Made by a program: the position numbers and the translations under genes. This document shows positions 26,562 to 35,575 of a DNA stretch of 64,000 nt, in pieces. Within the stretch, counting starts at the first letter, position 1. Each line of letters starts with the position of its first letter. The notes under the pieces were generated by a model. That model searched no databases. It was not told the origin of the DNA and saw only the letters and a program-made list of their open reading frames with translations. The stretch is from an uncultured Bacteroidales bacterium (GTDB taxonomy: Bacteria; Bacteroidota; Bacteroidia; Bacteroidales; Muribaculaceae): contig CAMWNF010000001.1 of assembly GCA_947175535.1 (NCBI GenBank), positions 870 to 64,869 on the forward strand, written 5' to 3'.

Positions 26562-27647
26562 ATGACTCAAGAAATGAAAACGACCTGTCTCCATGACCTC
26601 CACGTCGCTCTCGGCGCGCTGATGAGTCCCTTCGGCGGCTTTGATATGCCGATACAGTATGCCGGTATTGAAGAAGAACACCGCGCCGTGCGCAACGCAT
26701 GCGGAGTATTCGACGTATCGCACATGGGCGAAGTTGCCGTAACCGGTCCCGACGCCGAACGCTTCGTCAACCATATCTTCACCAACGATGTCCGCGAGAT
26801 GCCCGACGGAAAAATCCTCTACGGCATGATGCTTCACCCCGACGGCGGCACTGTCGACGACCTTCTCGTCTACAAACGCGGCGACAACGATTTCTTCCTA
26901 GTCATCAACGCCGCCAACATCGACAAGGATGTCGCCTGGATTGAAAAAAACGCTGAAGGCTTCGATGTCAAAATCGACCATCAGAGTGACCGCTGGGGCG
27001 AACTCGCCGTTCAGGGTCCCGACGCCGAACGCATAATGCACGATGTACTTGGCATCGACGGGTCTGACCTCACATTCTATACATTCAAGACCATCGGCGA
27101 CATCATCGTCAGCCGCACAGGCTATACAGGCGAAGACGGCTTCGAAATCTATGCCGACGCCGAAAAAATCCGCGGCTACTGGCAGAAACTCATCCATGCC
27201 GGCGTTCAGCCCTGCGGACTTGGATGCCGCGATACCCTGCGCTTCGAAGCAGGTCTGCCCCTCTACGGCGACGAACTCGGCGACGACATCACTCCGCTCG
27301 AAGCCGGTCTCGGCATATTCGTGAAACTCGACAAGCCCGAATTCATCGGTCGTGAAGCTCTCGCCGCACAAAAAGCATCAGGACCGGCGCGAAAAATCGT
27401 CGGCATCGAAGTCGATGGTCAGGCGATACCCCGCCACGGCTATGAAGTGCTCGACTCAGAAGGCAACAAGGTCGGCGAAGTAACCACGGGCTACCACTCG
27501 ATAACTCTCGACAAGAACATTGCGATGGCTCTCGTCGACGCCGCACACGCTGCCCTTGACACTCCCCTTCAGGTGAAGGTGCGCCGCAAAGTGTTCCCCG
27601 CAAAAGTTATCAAAAAACGTTTCTACACTCCTAATTATAAAAAATAA
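26562..27647 (+). CDS. gcvT: glycine cleavage system T protein (aminomethyltransferase)
   Basis: [48 protein letters not shown] ... YTGEDGFE. An ATG at 26562 gives 361 aa. The listed ORF start (26346) lies inside lplA. Confidence 0.9.
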   Translation: MTQEMKTTCLHDLHVALGALMSPFGGFDMPIQYAGIEEEHRAVRNACGVFDVSHMGEVAVTGPDAERFVNHIFTNDVREMPDGKILYGMMLHPDGGTVDDLLVYKRGDNDFFLVINAANIDKDVAWIEKNAEGFDVKIDHQSDRWGELAVQGPDAERIMHDVLGIDGSDLTFYTFKTIGDIIVSRTGYTGEDGFEIYADAEKIRGYWQKLIHAGVQPCGLGCRDTLRFEAGLPLYGDELGDDITPLEAGLGIFVKLDKPEFIGREALAAQKASGPARKIVGIEVDGQAIPRHGYEVLDSEGNKVGEVTTGYHSITLDKNIAMALVDAAHAALDTPLQVKVRRKVFPAKVIKKRFYTPNYKK

Positions 27648-27667
27648 TCATAAAAAACTAATACATT

Positions 27668-28039
27668 ATGCTTTACTATCTTCCCACCCACGAATACGCC
27701 CGCATCGAGGGCAACATCGCCACAATCGGCATCTCTGAATTCGCAGCTCACCAGCTCGGCAACGTCGTTTATGTCGACATGCCCGAAGAGGACGACGAAG
27801 TTACAAAAGGCGAGGATTTCGGCGCAATCGAAAGCGTAAAGGCTGCGTCAGACCTCTTTTCTCCCGTATCAGGCACGGTCGTTGAAGTAAACGAAGCTCT
27901 CGTCGACAATCCTCGTCTGGTCAACGAAGACCCGATGAACAACTGGATTATCAAAGTCGAGATGAGCGACCCCTCGGAACTCGAGGAACTCCTCTCGCCT
28001 GAAGCTTACGAAAAAGTCTGCGAAGCAGAAAAACACTGA
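27668..28039 (+). CDS. gcvH: glycine cleavage system H protein
   Basis: Lipoyl-lysine motif AIESVKAASDLFSPVSG; 123 aa. Confidence 0.9.
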   Translation: MLYYLPTHEYARIEGNIATIGISEFAAHQLGNVVYVDMPEEDDEVTKGEDFGAIESVKAASDLFSPVSGTVVEVNEALVDNPRLVNEDPMNNWIIKVEMSDPSELEELLSPEAYEKVCEAEKH

Positions 28040-28054
28040 TTTAACGCTACAGAC

Positions 28055-29395
28055 ATGTCTGCTCACCGTTATTTTCCCCACACGCCGGAAGATGTCACCG
28101 ACATGCTTGCGGCGTGTGGCGCATCGTCGCTTGACGACCTCTATAGCGACGTGCCTGCGGAACTCAGACTCCGCAAGCCATACGAACTGCCTGAAGAGAT
28201 GAGCGAGTCGCAACTCCGCGACTACTTCGACAAACTCGGAAGTCTCAACCGACGCATGGTCTGCTTTGCCGGCGCAGGTTACTATGACCACTACACTCCC
28301 GCTGTTGTCGATGCCATTCTCTCACGCTCTGAATTTCTGACCGCCTACACTCCCTATCAGCCTGAAATCTCTCAGGGCACACTTCAGTATATCTTCGAAT
28401 ATCAGTCGATGATGTGCGCCCTCACCGGCATGGAGATAAGCAACGCTTCGATGTATGACGGAGCGACTGCCACCGCCGAAGCCATGATTATGGCTGTCAA
28501 CAGCGCGCGCAAGAAACGCCGCATACTAATCTCTGCAACCGTCAACCCCGCCGTAGCCGAAGTGGTATCGACCTATGCGCGCTACCACGATGTCACGCTT
28601 GAAGTCATTCCCGAACACGAAGGTGTGACCGATCGTGCGGAATTTGAGGCAATGATGGGTGCCGGCGACGTTGCCGGCGTTATTGTAGCCTATCCCAACT
28701 ATTACGGCATCGTAGAATCTTACGACGGCTGGGCTGACATATGCCACGCGGCAAAGGCGCTTTTCATCATGAACTGCCAGGCTTCGACTCTCGGAGTGCT
28801 ACGCACACCAGCATCGCTCGGCGCTGACATAGTCTGCGGCGACGCTCAGTCGCTCGGCATGCCGCTCAACTACGGCGGTCCCTATCTCGGCTACATGTGT
28901 ACAACCAAGGCCCTTATGCGCAAGCTGCCCGGCCGCGTGGTCGGCGCGACGACCGACCGCAACGGACAGCGCGTGTTCGTGCTCACCCTACAGGCGCGCG
29001 AACAGCATATCCGCCGCGAGAAAGCGACATCCAACATCTGCTCAAATCAGGGTCTTATGGCTCTCCATACTGCCGTCTACCTATCTCTTATGGGTGCTGA
29101 AGGTCTGCGTAAAATCAACGACCTCGGTTACGGAGGTCTCCGCTATCTCGCCGACGGACTCGCTGCCACAGGTCGCATGCGTCTGAAATATCCCGAACGC
29201 CCGTTTGTCAACGAGGCTCTTTTCCGCGTCGCTGACCCGCTGACAGCCGATATGGTGCTCGAAGCAACAGCCGCTCAGGGCATACTCGGCGGCGTGAAAG
29301 TCGACGAATGCGAAATACTCATCGCTGTGACAGAAATGCAGTCTAAAGAAGATATTGACCGCTATGTTTCAATCGTTAAAAACATTAAGCTATGA
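28055..29395 (+). CDS. gcvPA: glycine dehydrogenase (decarboxylating) subunit 1
   Basis: 446 aa. FAGAGYYDHYTPAVVD ... EFLTAYTPYQPEISQGTLQ is an N-terminal-half P-protein signature. Confidence 0.9.
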   Translation: MSAHRYFPHTPEDVTDMLAACGASSLDDLYSDVPAELRLRKPYELPEEMSESQLRDYFDKLGSLNRRMVCFAGAGYYDHYTPAVVDAILSRSEFLTAYTPYQPEISQGTLQYIFEYQSMMCALTGMEISNASMYDGATATAEAMIMAVNSARKKRRILISATVNPAVAEVVSTYARYHDVTLEVIPEHEGVTDRAEFEAMMGAGDVAGVIVAYPNYYGIVESYDGWADICHAAKALFIMNCQASTLGVLRTPASLGADIVCGDAQSLGMPLNYGGPYLGYMCTTKALMRKLPGRVVGATTDRNGQRVFVLTLQAREQHIRREKATSNICSNQGLMALHTAVYLSLMGAEGLRKINDLGYGGLRYLADGLAATGRMRLKYPERPFVNEALFRVADPLTADMVLEATAAQGILGGVKVDECEILIAVTEMQSKEDIDRYVSIVKNIKL

Positions 29396-30867
29396 ACCGC
29401 CGACTCTACGATAAACTGATATTCGAACACTCTCGTTCCGGTCGTCACGGTTACAGTCTGCCGGCAAACCGTTTTGACCGTCACATCGACGAACTTCCCG
29501 AAAGCTGCAGCCGCAAGGACGCTCCCGCGCTTCCCGAAGTCGACGAACCGACTGTCGTGCGCCACTACACCAATTCGAGCACCAACAACTTCGGTGTCGA
29601 CACCGGTTTCTACCCTCTCGGATCGTGCACGATGAAATATAATCCGAAAATCAACGACGCTCTCGCCGCATCTCCGTCAATAGCACGCCTTCACCCTCTT
29701 CAGCCGGCTGACAGTGTGCAGGGTGCTTTGTCTGTCTATTGGGAACTGCAGAAGGCTCTGAGTGAAATCGGCGGCATGGCTGAATTCACACTCAATCCCT
29801 TCGCCGGCGCTCACGGCGAACTGACCGGTCTGCTTGTCATCAAGGCATATCACCTGTCGCGTCAGGACGCAGGTCGCAACGTCGTGCTTGTTCCCGACTC
29901 GGCTCACGGTACCAATCCCGCTTCAGCTGCTGTCGCAGGCTTCAAGGTCGTTGAGGTCAAGAGCCTTCCCGACGGCACTGTCGACGTCGAAGACCTCCGC
30001 GGCAAACTGAACGACTCAGTCGCAGCGATGATGATGACCAACCCCAACACCGTCGGTATGTTCGAGAAAAACATTCCCGAAATCGCCCGCATAGTCCACG
30101 AAGCAGGCGGTCTGATGTACTATGACGGAGCGAATCTCAACCCGATGCTCGGCATCGCACGTCCCGGCGACATGGGTTTCGACGTTATGCACATAAATCT
30201 CCACAAGACATTCTCGACGCCTCACGGCGGAGGAGGTCCCGGCGCAGGTCCTGTCGGTGTGCGTAAAGGTCTCGAACCATTCCTGCCCAATCCGCGCGTA
30301 GTTAAAAATGCTGACGGAACGTTAGGCGTGGTATGCGAGGACACTTCGCTCGGCAGAATTTCAGGCTGGCTCGGTAACTTCACGATCTATGTGCGTGCGT
30401 TGGCATATATTCTCGGCCTCGGCGGCGTCAATGTCGCCAAAGTCGGACCGCTTGCTACGCTCAACGCCAACTACGTGCTTAACCGTCTGAAAGATGTCTA
30501 CGAGCTGCCCATTCCCGGACCATGCAAACACGAATTCGTATTTGACGGTCTGAAAGACAAATCGACCGGCGTTACTACGCTCAATGTCGCAAAACGTCTG
30601 CTTGATTTCGGCTTCCATGCGCCGACAATCTATTTCCCGCTGCTGTTCCACGAATCACTGATGATAGAGCCAACCGAGACCGAAAGCCGCGAAACGCTCG
30701 ACAGTTTCATCGATGCGATGAGAAAAATCGCAGCCGAAGCAATCAGCGACCCGGAAACAGTTAAGGAAGCTCCCCACGACACCCCCGTGTCGCATCCCGA
30801 CGACACCGAAGCTGCTTTGCATCCCGTAACTTCATGGCAGGACTTATGCGCAGCGCAGAATTCATAA
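29392..30867 (+). CDS. gcvPB: glycine dehydrogenase (decarboxylating) subunit 2
   Basis: 491 aa. GSCTMKYNPK ... AHGTNPASA ... HINLHKTFSTPHGGGGPGAGP contains the PLP-lysine region. ATGA overlap with gcvPA. Confidence 0.9.
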   Translation: MNRRLYDKLIFEHSRSGRHGYSLPANRFDRHIDELPESCSRKDAPALPEVDEPTVVRHYTNSSTNNFGVDTGFYPLGSCTMKYNPKINDALAASPSIARLHPLQPADSVQGALSVYWELQKALSEIGGMAEFTLNPFAGAHGELTGLLVIKAYHLSRQDAGRNVVLVPDSAHGTNPASAAVAGFKVVEVKSLPDGTVDVEDLRGKLNDSVAAMMMTNPNTVGMFEKNIPEIARIVHEAGGLMYYDGANLNPMLGIARPGDMGFDVMHINLHKTFSTPHGGGGPGAGPVGVRKGLEPFLPNPRVVKNADGTLGVVCEDTSLGRISGWLGNFTIYVRALAYILGLGGVNVAKVGPLATLNANYVLNRLKDVYELPIPGPCKHEFVFDGLKDKSTGVTTLNVAKRLLDFGFHAPTIYFPLLFHESLMIEPTETESRETLDSFIDAMRKIAAEAISDPETVKEAPHDTPVSHPDDTEAALHPVTSWQDLCAAQNS

Positions 30868-32165
30868 TCATAGGCGGAGGTCCCGGCGGCTACGAAGTGG
30901 CTGCCGAGCTCGCTGCCGCCGGTCGCAAAGTAATTCTTATCGAACGCGACCAACTCGGTGGAACCTGTCTGAACAGAGGATGTATCCCGACAAAATGTCT
31001 CTGCGCATCGGCATCAGTGGCGATGACGGTGAGTTCAGCAGCCGAATTCGGCGTAGAAGTTGCATCGTTCTCCGTAGACTATGGCAAGGCAGTTAACCGT
31101 GCTCACAGTGTAATGGACCAATTGCGTCAGGGGGTGGAAGCGATGCTGCGCGACGTGGAGATCATTCGCGGCGAAGCGACGCTCAAACCTGATAAAATAG
31201 TCAAGGTAAACGGCGAAGAACTGACTGCCGACCATATCATAATCGCTACAGGCTCGAAACCTGCCGTCCTCGACATTCCGGGTGCAAGTCTGACCGTAAC
31301 GAGCGATAAATTCCTGTCATTGACAGAAATTCCTCAGCGCGTGGCTATTATCGGCGGAGGCGTTATAGGTCTTGAATTTGCGTCGATACTCGCCGCATTC
31401 GGTCGTGAAGTGACTGTTATTGAATATTGTAAGGAAGTCCTTCCTCCGTTTGACAGCGATATTGCAAAACGTCTGCGCACGGCATTGTCGCGTCGCGGAA
31501 TCAAATTCCTCACTTCGACCCGCGTTATCGCCGTCGAACACGGACTGCGCATCGTCTATGAAGGCAAGAAAGGAAAGGACTCGCTCGAATGTGACCTTGC
31601 TGTCATGGCTGTAGGTCGCCGCCCGGTGCTCCCTGAAGGCACAAAAGACGCCGGCATCGAACTTGACGGACGCGGTTTCATCAAAGTCGACGAACTCATG
31701 CAGACCTCAGTGCCGGGCATTTATGCTGTCGGCGATGTCAACGGACGCTGTATGCTCGCTCATGCGGCTGCCGCACAAGCTCGTCGCGCGATCGGCAGCG
31801 ATGTCAACCTCGACGTTATCCCTTCGGCGGTTTTCACTCAGCCTGAAGCGGCAATGGTAGGCATGACAGAAGAGCAGGCTCGCGCGAAGGACTATGACGT
31901 TATGATAGGCAAAGCTGCTTTCGCCGCTAACGGCAAAGCTCTCGCGATGGGCGAAAGCGACGGCACGGTCAAAATAATCTTTGCACGTGACAGCGGTTTC
32001 ATTCTCGGATGTCACATCGTCGGTCCGCATGCGGCAGACCTTATCGCAGAAGTCGCCGCACTGATGTTCGGCATGACTACCCGCGAAGAACTTGCCGACG
32101 AACTCGTGCACGGCCACCCCACCCTCTCCGAAGTCATCCAAGCCGCAGCCCGTAACGCAAAATAA
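30846..32165 (+). CDS. lpdA: dihydrolipoyl dehydrogenase (L protein)
   Basis: FIIIGGGPGGY FAD motif, redox-active GGTCLNRGCIPTK, and C-terminal HGHPTLSE. The start is either 30846 or 30834; both overlap the gcvPB end. Confidence 0.85.
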   Translation: MRSAEFIIIGGGPGGYEVAAELAAAGRKVILIERDQLGGTCLNRGCIPTKCLCASASVAMTVSSAAEFGVEVASFSVDYGKAVNRAHSVMDQLRQGVEAMLRDVEIIRGEATLKPDKIVKVNGEELTADHIIIATGSKPAVLDIPGASLTVTSDKFLSLTEIPQRVAIIGGGVIGLEFASILAAFGREVTVIEYCKEVLPPFDSDIAKRLRTALSRRGIKFLTSTRVIAVEHGLRIVYEGKKGKDSLECDLAVMAVGRRPVLPEGTKDAGIELDGRGFIKVDELMQTSVPGIYAVGDVNGRCMLAHAAAAQARRAIGSDVNLDVIPSAVFTQPEAAMVGMTEEQARAKDYDVMIGKAAFAANGKALAMGESDGTVKIIFARDSGFILGCHIVGPHAADLIAEVAALMFGMTTREELADELVHGHPTLSEVIQAAARNAK

Positions 32166-32171
32166 CCTGAT

Positions 32172-33809
32172 ATGCGCAGACTCTTATATACTATAATAGT
32201 ACTGTGCATAGCTATATGTGCATGTCAAAGGAAATCAGCAGTCGGCGACGGTCTTAACCGTGCCGACTCGCTGATTAACGTTTCTCTCGCCGATTCGGCG
32301 TTGGCTGTTCTCGACAGCCTTGATCTGACAGATGCTGACGACGAGATGCGTGCACACCACGCTCTTCTGACATCAAAAGCGACTTCGATGGCTTTCCCTC
32401 GAAAAAAATTCGATGATTCACTTCTGATATTGGCTGCAGACTATTATGCCGGACGCGGCGACAGTCTTGACCTGCAAGCTCAGTTTCTTTTAGGAATGTA
32501 TCTGGGCTGGGGTATGCCGGCTATAAGCAAAGACTACAATCATACCCTACTTGCATTAAAGCGGGCTCTTGATATTGCGCATAGGCTGAATGATACCCTC
32601 TCATTGGCAAAAATTCATTATGCTCTTGCCGGATCTCCGGTATCGGACTCCAAAGAAAGAGGAGAGAATTACTTAACCGCCGGTAGATATTATCAGAGTA
32701 TTGGTAGATTAAAAGATGCCGTAAGTTGTATAAGTACCGCTTCGAGAAATTTCAACGCGGTAGGTAATGATTCTCTTGCAACAGCTCTGTTGCTTGAAAT
32801 CAGAGAAATCGCAGATTCAGTCACTGATAATATTGCCATTACTGAATATAATATGGCAATCACTACATTAAGCCATCATTATCTTACAAATGGGGATATT
32901 GAACGGAGTACGAACGAAGCAAAAAATCGCCGCTTGACAGAGATGTCAAAGCATCCTCCCCGCAGCAAAAACGATACGAGTACGATCTATATACGCGGTA
33001 CAGGTTTTATGATCGGAAGCTCAGGTCAGAAACCTACTCACTCTGAAGCAATCAATGATTCACTCCTTAATTTGATAGTAGAGCGTCAGAAATGGCCGTC
33101 TGATAGTTTCAAATTCAGAAATACAAACGAGGCTCGCGCAAATTTCCTCGCAAATCCATACACCCAACTGCTTGATGAGCATTATAGGTCAATCATAGAT
33201 AAACAACAACTCATTGAACAGCAGTCACAACTGAAAATTAAATTATTTATAGCGTTAGCCGCTCTATTTGCGGTCGTGGCTTTAGCTATTTATCTCATTT
33301 TCTCCCGCCGTCTCCGTAGCAGGAAGCTGCAACTTCTGTCTTTGGTAAACGATATTGATAATATGCGCTTAGACCTCTCGCAATTACAAAATCGAATTGC
33401 CGAACGCAGCGAGGAAACTTCACATATTCATCCTTATCAGTTAATAGATTCGTTATGTGAGCTTAGGCAGAACGCACCGTCAACTTCGGAAAGCGAGCGT
33501 GTGCTCGGCAGAAACGTCGCCCGTTTTATCGACAAATTGAATTCTCCGGCTGTAATAGAGGAAATCGAAAGCTTTGTCAACGCTTACCGCTCAGACGTCA
33601 TGGTAAAATTCCGCGAACAGTTCCCTAAACTCACGCCGCGACAATACCAATGTGTGTTGCTGATTTTTGCAGGTTTTTCAGCAAGCTCAATAGCTGCATT
33701 GCTCAACTATCCCAGCGACGGAGCATACCGCACCGAGCGTTCACGACTTAAACGTATGATCGAGCAATCTTCAGCTCCCGATAAGACGATTTTCGCAGGT
33801 CTTTTTTAG
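32172..33809 (+). CDS. membrane-anchored TPR-like protein with a C-terminal LuxR/GerE-type HTH (one-component regulator)
   Basis: Lipoprotein-type signal (LCIAICAC). Helical repeats. A single TM segment, LFIALAALFAVVALAIYLIF, near residue 360. C-terminal TPRQYQCVLLIFAGFSASSIAALLNYPSDGAYRTERSRLKRMI. Confidence 0.6.
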   Translation: MRRLLYTIIVLCIAICACQRKSAVGDGLNRADSLINVSLADSALAVLDSLDLTDADDEMRAHHALLTSKATSMAFPRKKFDDSLLILAADYYAGRGDSLDLQAQFLLGMYLGWGMPAISKDYNHTLLALKRALDIAHRLNDTLSLAKIHYALAGSPVSDSKERGENYLTAGRYYQSIGRLKDAVSCISTASRNFNAVGNDSLATALLLEIREIADSVTDNIAITEYNMAITTLSHHYLTNGDIERSTNEAKNRRLTEMSKHPPRSKNDTSTIYIRGTGFMIGSSGQKPTHSEAINDSLLNLIVERQKWPSDSFKFRNTNEARANFLANPYTQLLDEHYRSIIDKQQLIEQQSQLKIKLFIALAALFAVVALAIYLIFSRRLRSRKLQLLSLVNDIDNMRLDLSQLQNRIAERSEETSHIHPYQLIDSLCELRQNAPSTSESERVLGRNVARFIDKLNSPAVIEEIESFVNAYRSDVMVKFREQFPKLTPRQYQCVLLIFAGFSASSIAALLNYPSDGAYRTERSRLKRMIEQSSAPDKTIFAGLF

Positions 33810-33903
33810 GTCTGTAACAAACACACCGATTAACTTACTACATTCCAATAGGTTAAAAATAGAGATGTAACACCATTTATTTGGTTTCACCTCTCGTTCA
33901 ACG

Positions 33904-33911
33904 TAACTTTG
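33904..33911 (+). promoter_or_regulatory. -7 promoter box (with an upstream TTTG about 20 nt away) for the 541-aa gene
   Basis: TAACTTTG, 39 nt upstream of the ATG at 33950. A TTTG in ATTTATTTGG sits at about the -33 spacing. Confidence 0.6.
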
Positions 33912-33949
33912 TAGAGCAAAATAATGTAATATCTTTAACATAACTGACG

Positions 33950-35575
33950 ATGAAAGCGCTCTTTCTATTCTTCACATTGGTAATGACATGCATGGCAGCA
34001 AACGCCCGCATGGATTTTTCGAATTTTTATCATACGTTCAGAGACACAACGTTTGTCGGCTCGGACGAGGAAGCGAAGATGAATAAATATATTTCCGAAC
34101 TGAAGAAATTTGATATTGACATCAAGGCTCCAGTCGGTTTCAAGTCAATCGATATGAGGAGTCGCGAAGGTTTTAAGTCGTCACCAGGATGGACTGCCAA
34201 TCCAGTGGGACTTGAGAATGAAACTCGTGATGCAGTTATTTTATGGCCACAATTGATGGGACTCGGTCAGGAAGGCTTATTACGAAACGGTCGTTATATA
34301 GAAGGTGATCTAAGGGCACACTGCGGAGACAGAGAGCTGGATATAAGACCACTTATCGATGTGATATATGATAAAGATATGTCAGAGTATGCCAATGCTG
34401 ACACTGTCGTTATATATGACTATGAATTCGACCCTCCATTTATAGGTCAGTACGAACATGCGGTCGGAGTCTATCTGCGCAAATATGCCCATCCGGCACT
34501 TCTTTTCAAGATTGCGCTGACTGACGAGGGTCTGAAACATAAAGACGAGTATATTAAAACGGTTCTTGACAATGTTAATTATGGGAACTCTCCCGCAGCC
34601 GGATTTATAGAGGCTGAACGCGAGAGCGCAGGAAAGAATGACCTCGCATTCCCCAGCCATTACCCCAGAGGCGGAATCATAGTGACACCAACAGACGGAG
34701 CATTGCTTGATAACGCCATTCGATTTAACGGAGGGGAGGAAGTTTTGGATAGAATATGGGATTACAACCGTAAGCATCCGTCTCCAAATACCATCGCACA
34801 GCCGTCATCCAAAGCTAAAAAGGACTCAATTCAGCTAACACCTTTTGAACAGTACTGCAAAGATCTCCGTCTCCTTGATGTCAGAATCAATATGCCGGAG
34901 GGATTCAAAGAAATTGACATGCGAGAGCGTACTCGCCTTGACCTCCTGATCAATCCTGCATATCCGTCAGAAGAGGAAATATATCCTGTGGCGATAGAAA
35001 GTGCTGATGCTAAAGCTGCATTCTTATTTCCAAAGATTGATTTCGGAAGTAGAAAACAGATTATTCGCAAAGGTCACGTCGTTGAGGATGAATTACGCTT
35101 CAACAATAAAAATCTCGCGCTCGATGTCAGACCGCTTATTGAAGTGATTGCGGCAGAAGATATGTCGCAATATGCTGATGCAGATACAGCGGTAATTTAT
35201 TCTCTTGAAGTGGACTATCTTAACAAGTTCTTAGGCTTCACGGGTTATCATCATATCTTAGGCGTGTATCTGCGGAAATACGGTCATCCGGCGATGTTGC
35301 TCAAAATTGCCATGAACGATGAGGGGCTGAAACATAAGGATGAATACCTCAGACTTCTGCTCGACAATGTAAGTTTCGGCTACAGACCCTTCGAAGGACT
35401 TGTACTTCAGGAAGAACGGCTTGCCAGCGTGAAAGACTTGGATTTCCCTTCGCCGCAATATAAAAACGACGGCTTTATAATCACGCCTGTCGAGCAAGCG
35501 CTGTTCAACATCTGGGAAAATGGAGGCAGAGAATCCTACCGAATAATGAAGAAAACCGAACCGACAGAGGATTAA
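33950..35575 (+). CDS. secreted hypothetical protein built of two ~255-aa homologous modules
   Basis: Signal peptide MKALFLFFTLVMTCMAANA. Module 1 (APVGFKSIDMR ... LDIRPLIDVIYDKDMSEYANADTVVIY ... GVYLRKYAHPALLFKIALTDEGLKHKDEYI..VLDNVNYG) is repeated as module 2 (MPEGFKEIDMR ... LDVRPLIEVIAAEDMSQYADADTAVIY ... GVYLRKYGHPAMLLKIAMNDEGLKHKDEYL..LLDNVSFG). Confidence 0.7.
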   Translation: MKALFLFFTLVMTCMAANARMDFSNFYHTFRDTTFVGSDEEAKMNKYISELKKFDIDIKAPVGFKSIDMRSREGFKSSPGWTANPVGLENETRDAVILWPQLMGLGQEGLLRNGRYIEGDLRAHCGDRELDIRPLIDVIYDKDMSEYANADTVVIYDYEFDPPFIGQYEHAVGVYLRKYAHPALLFKIALTDEGLKHKDEYIKTVLDNVNYGNSPAAGFIEAERESAGKNDLAFPSHYPRGGIIVTPTDGALLDNAIRFNGGEEVLDRIWDYNRKHPSPNTIAQPSSKAKKDSIQLTPFEQYCKDLRLLDVRINMPEGFKEIDMRERTRLDLLINPAYPSEEEIYPVAIESADAKAAFLFPKIDFGSRKQIIRKGHVVEDELRFNNKNLALDVRPLIEVIAAEDMSQYADADTAVIYSLEVDYLNKFLGFTGYHHILGVYLRKYGHPAMLLKIAMNDEGLKHKDEYLRLLLDNVSFGYRPFEGLVLQEERLASVKDLDFPSPQYKNDGFIITPVEQALFNIWENGGRESYRIMKKTEPTED

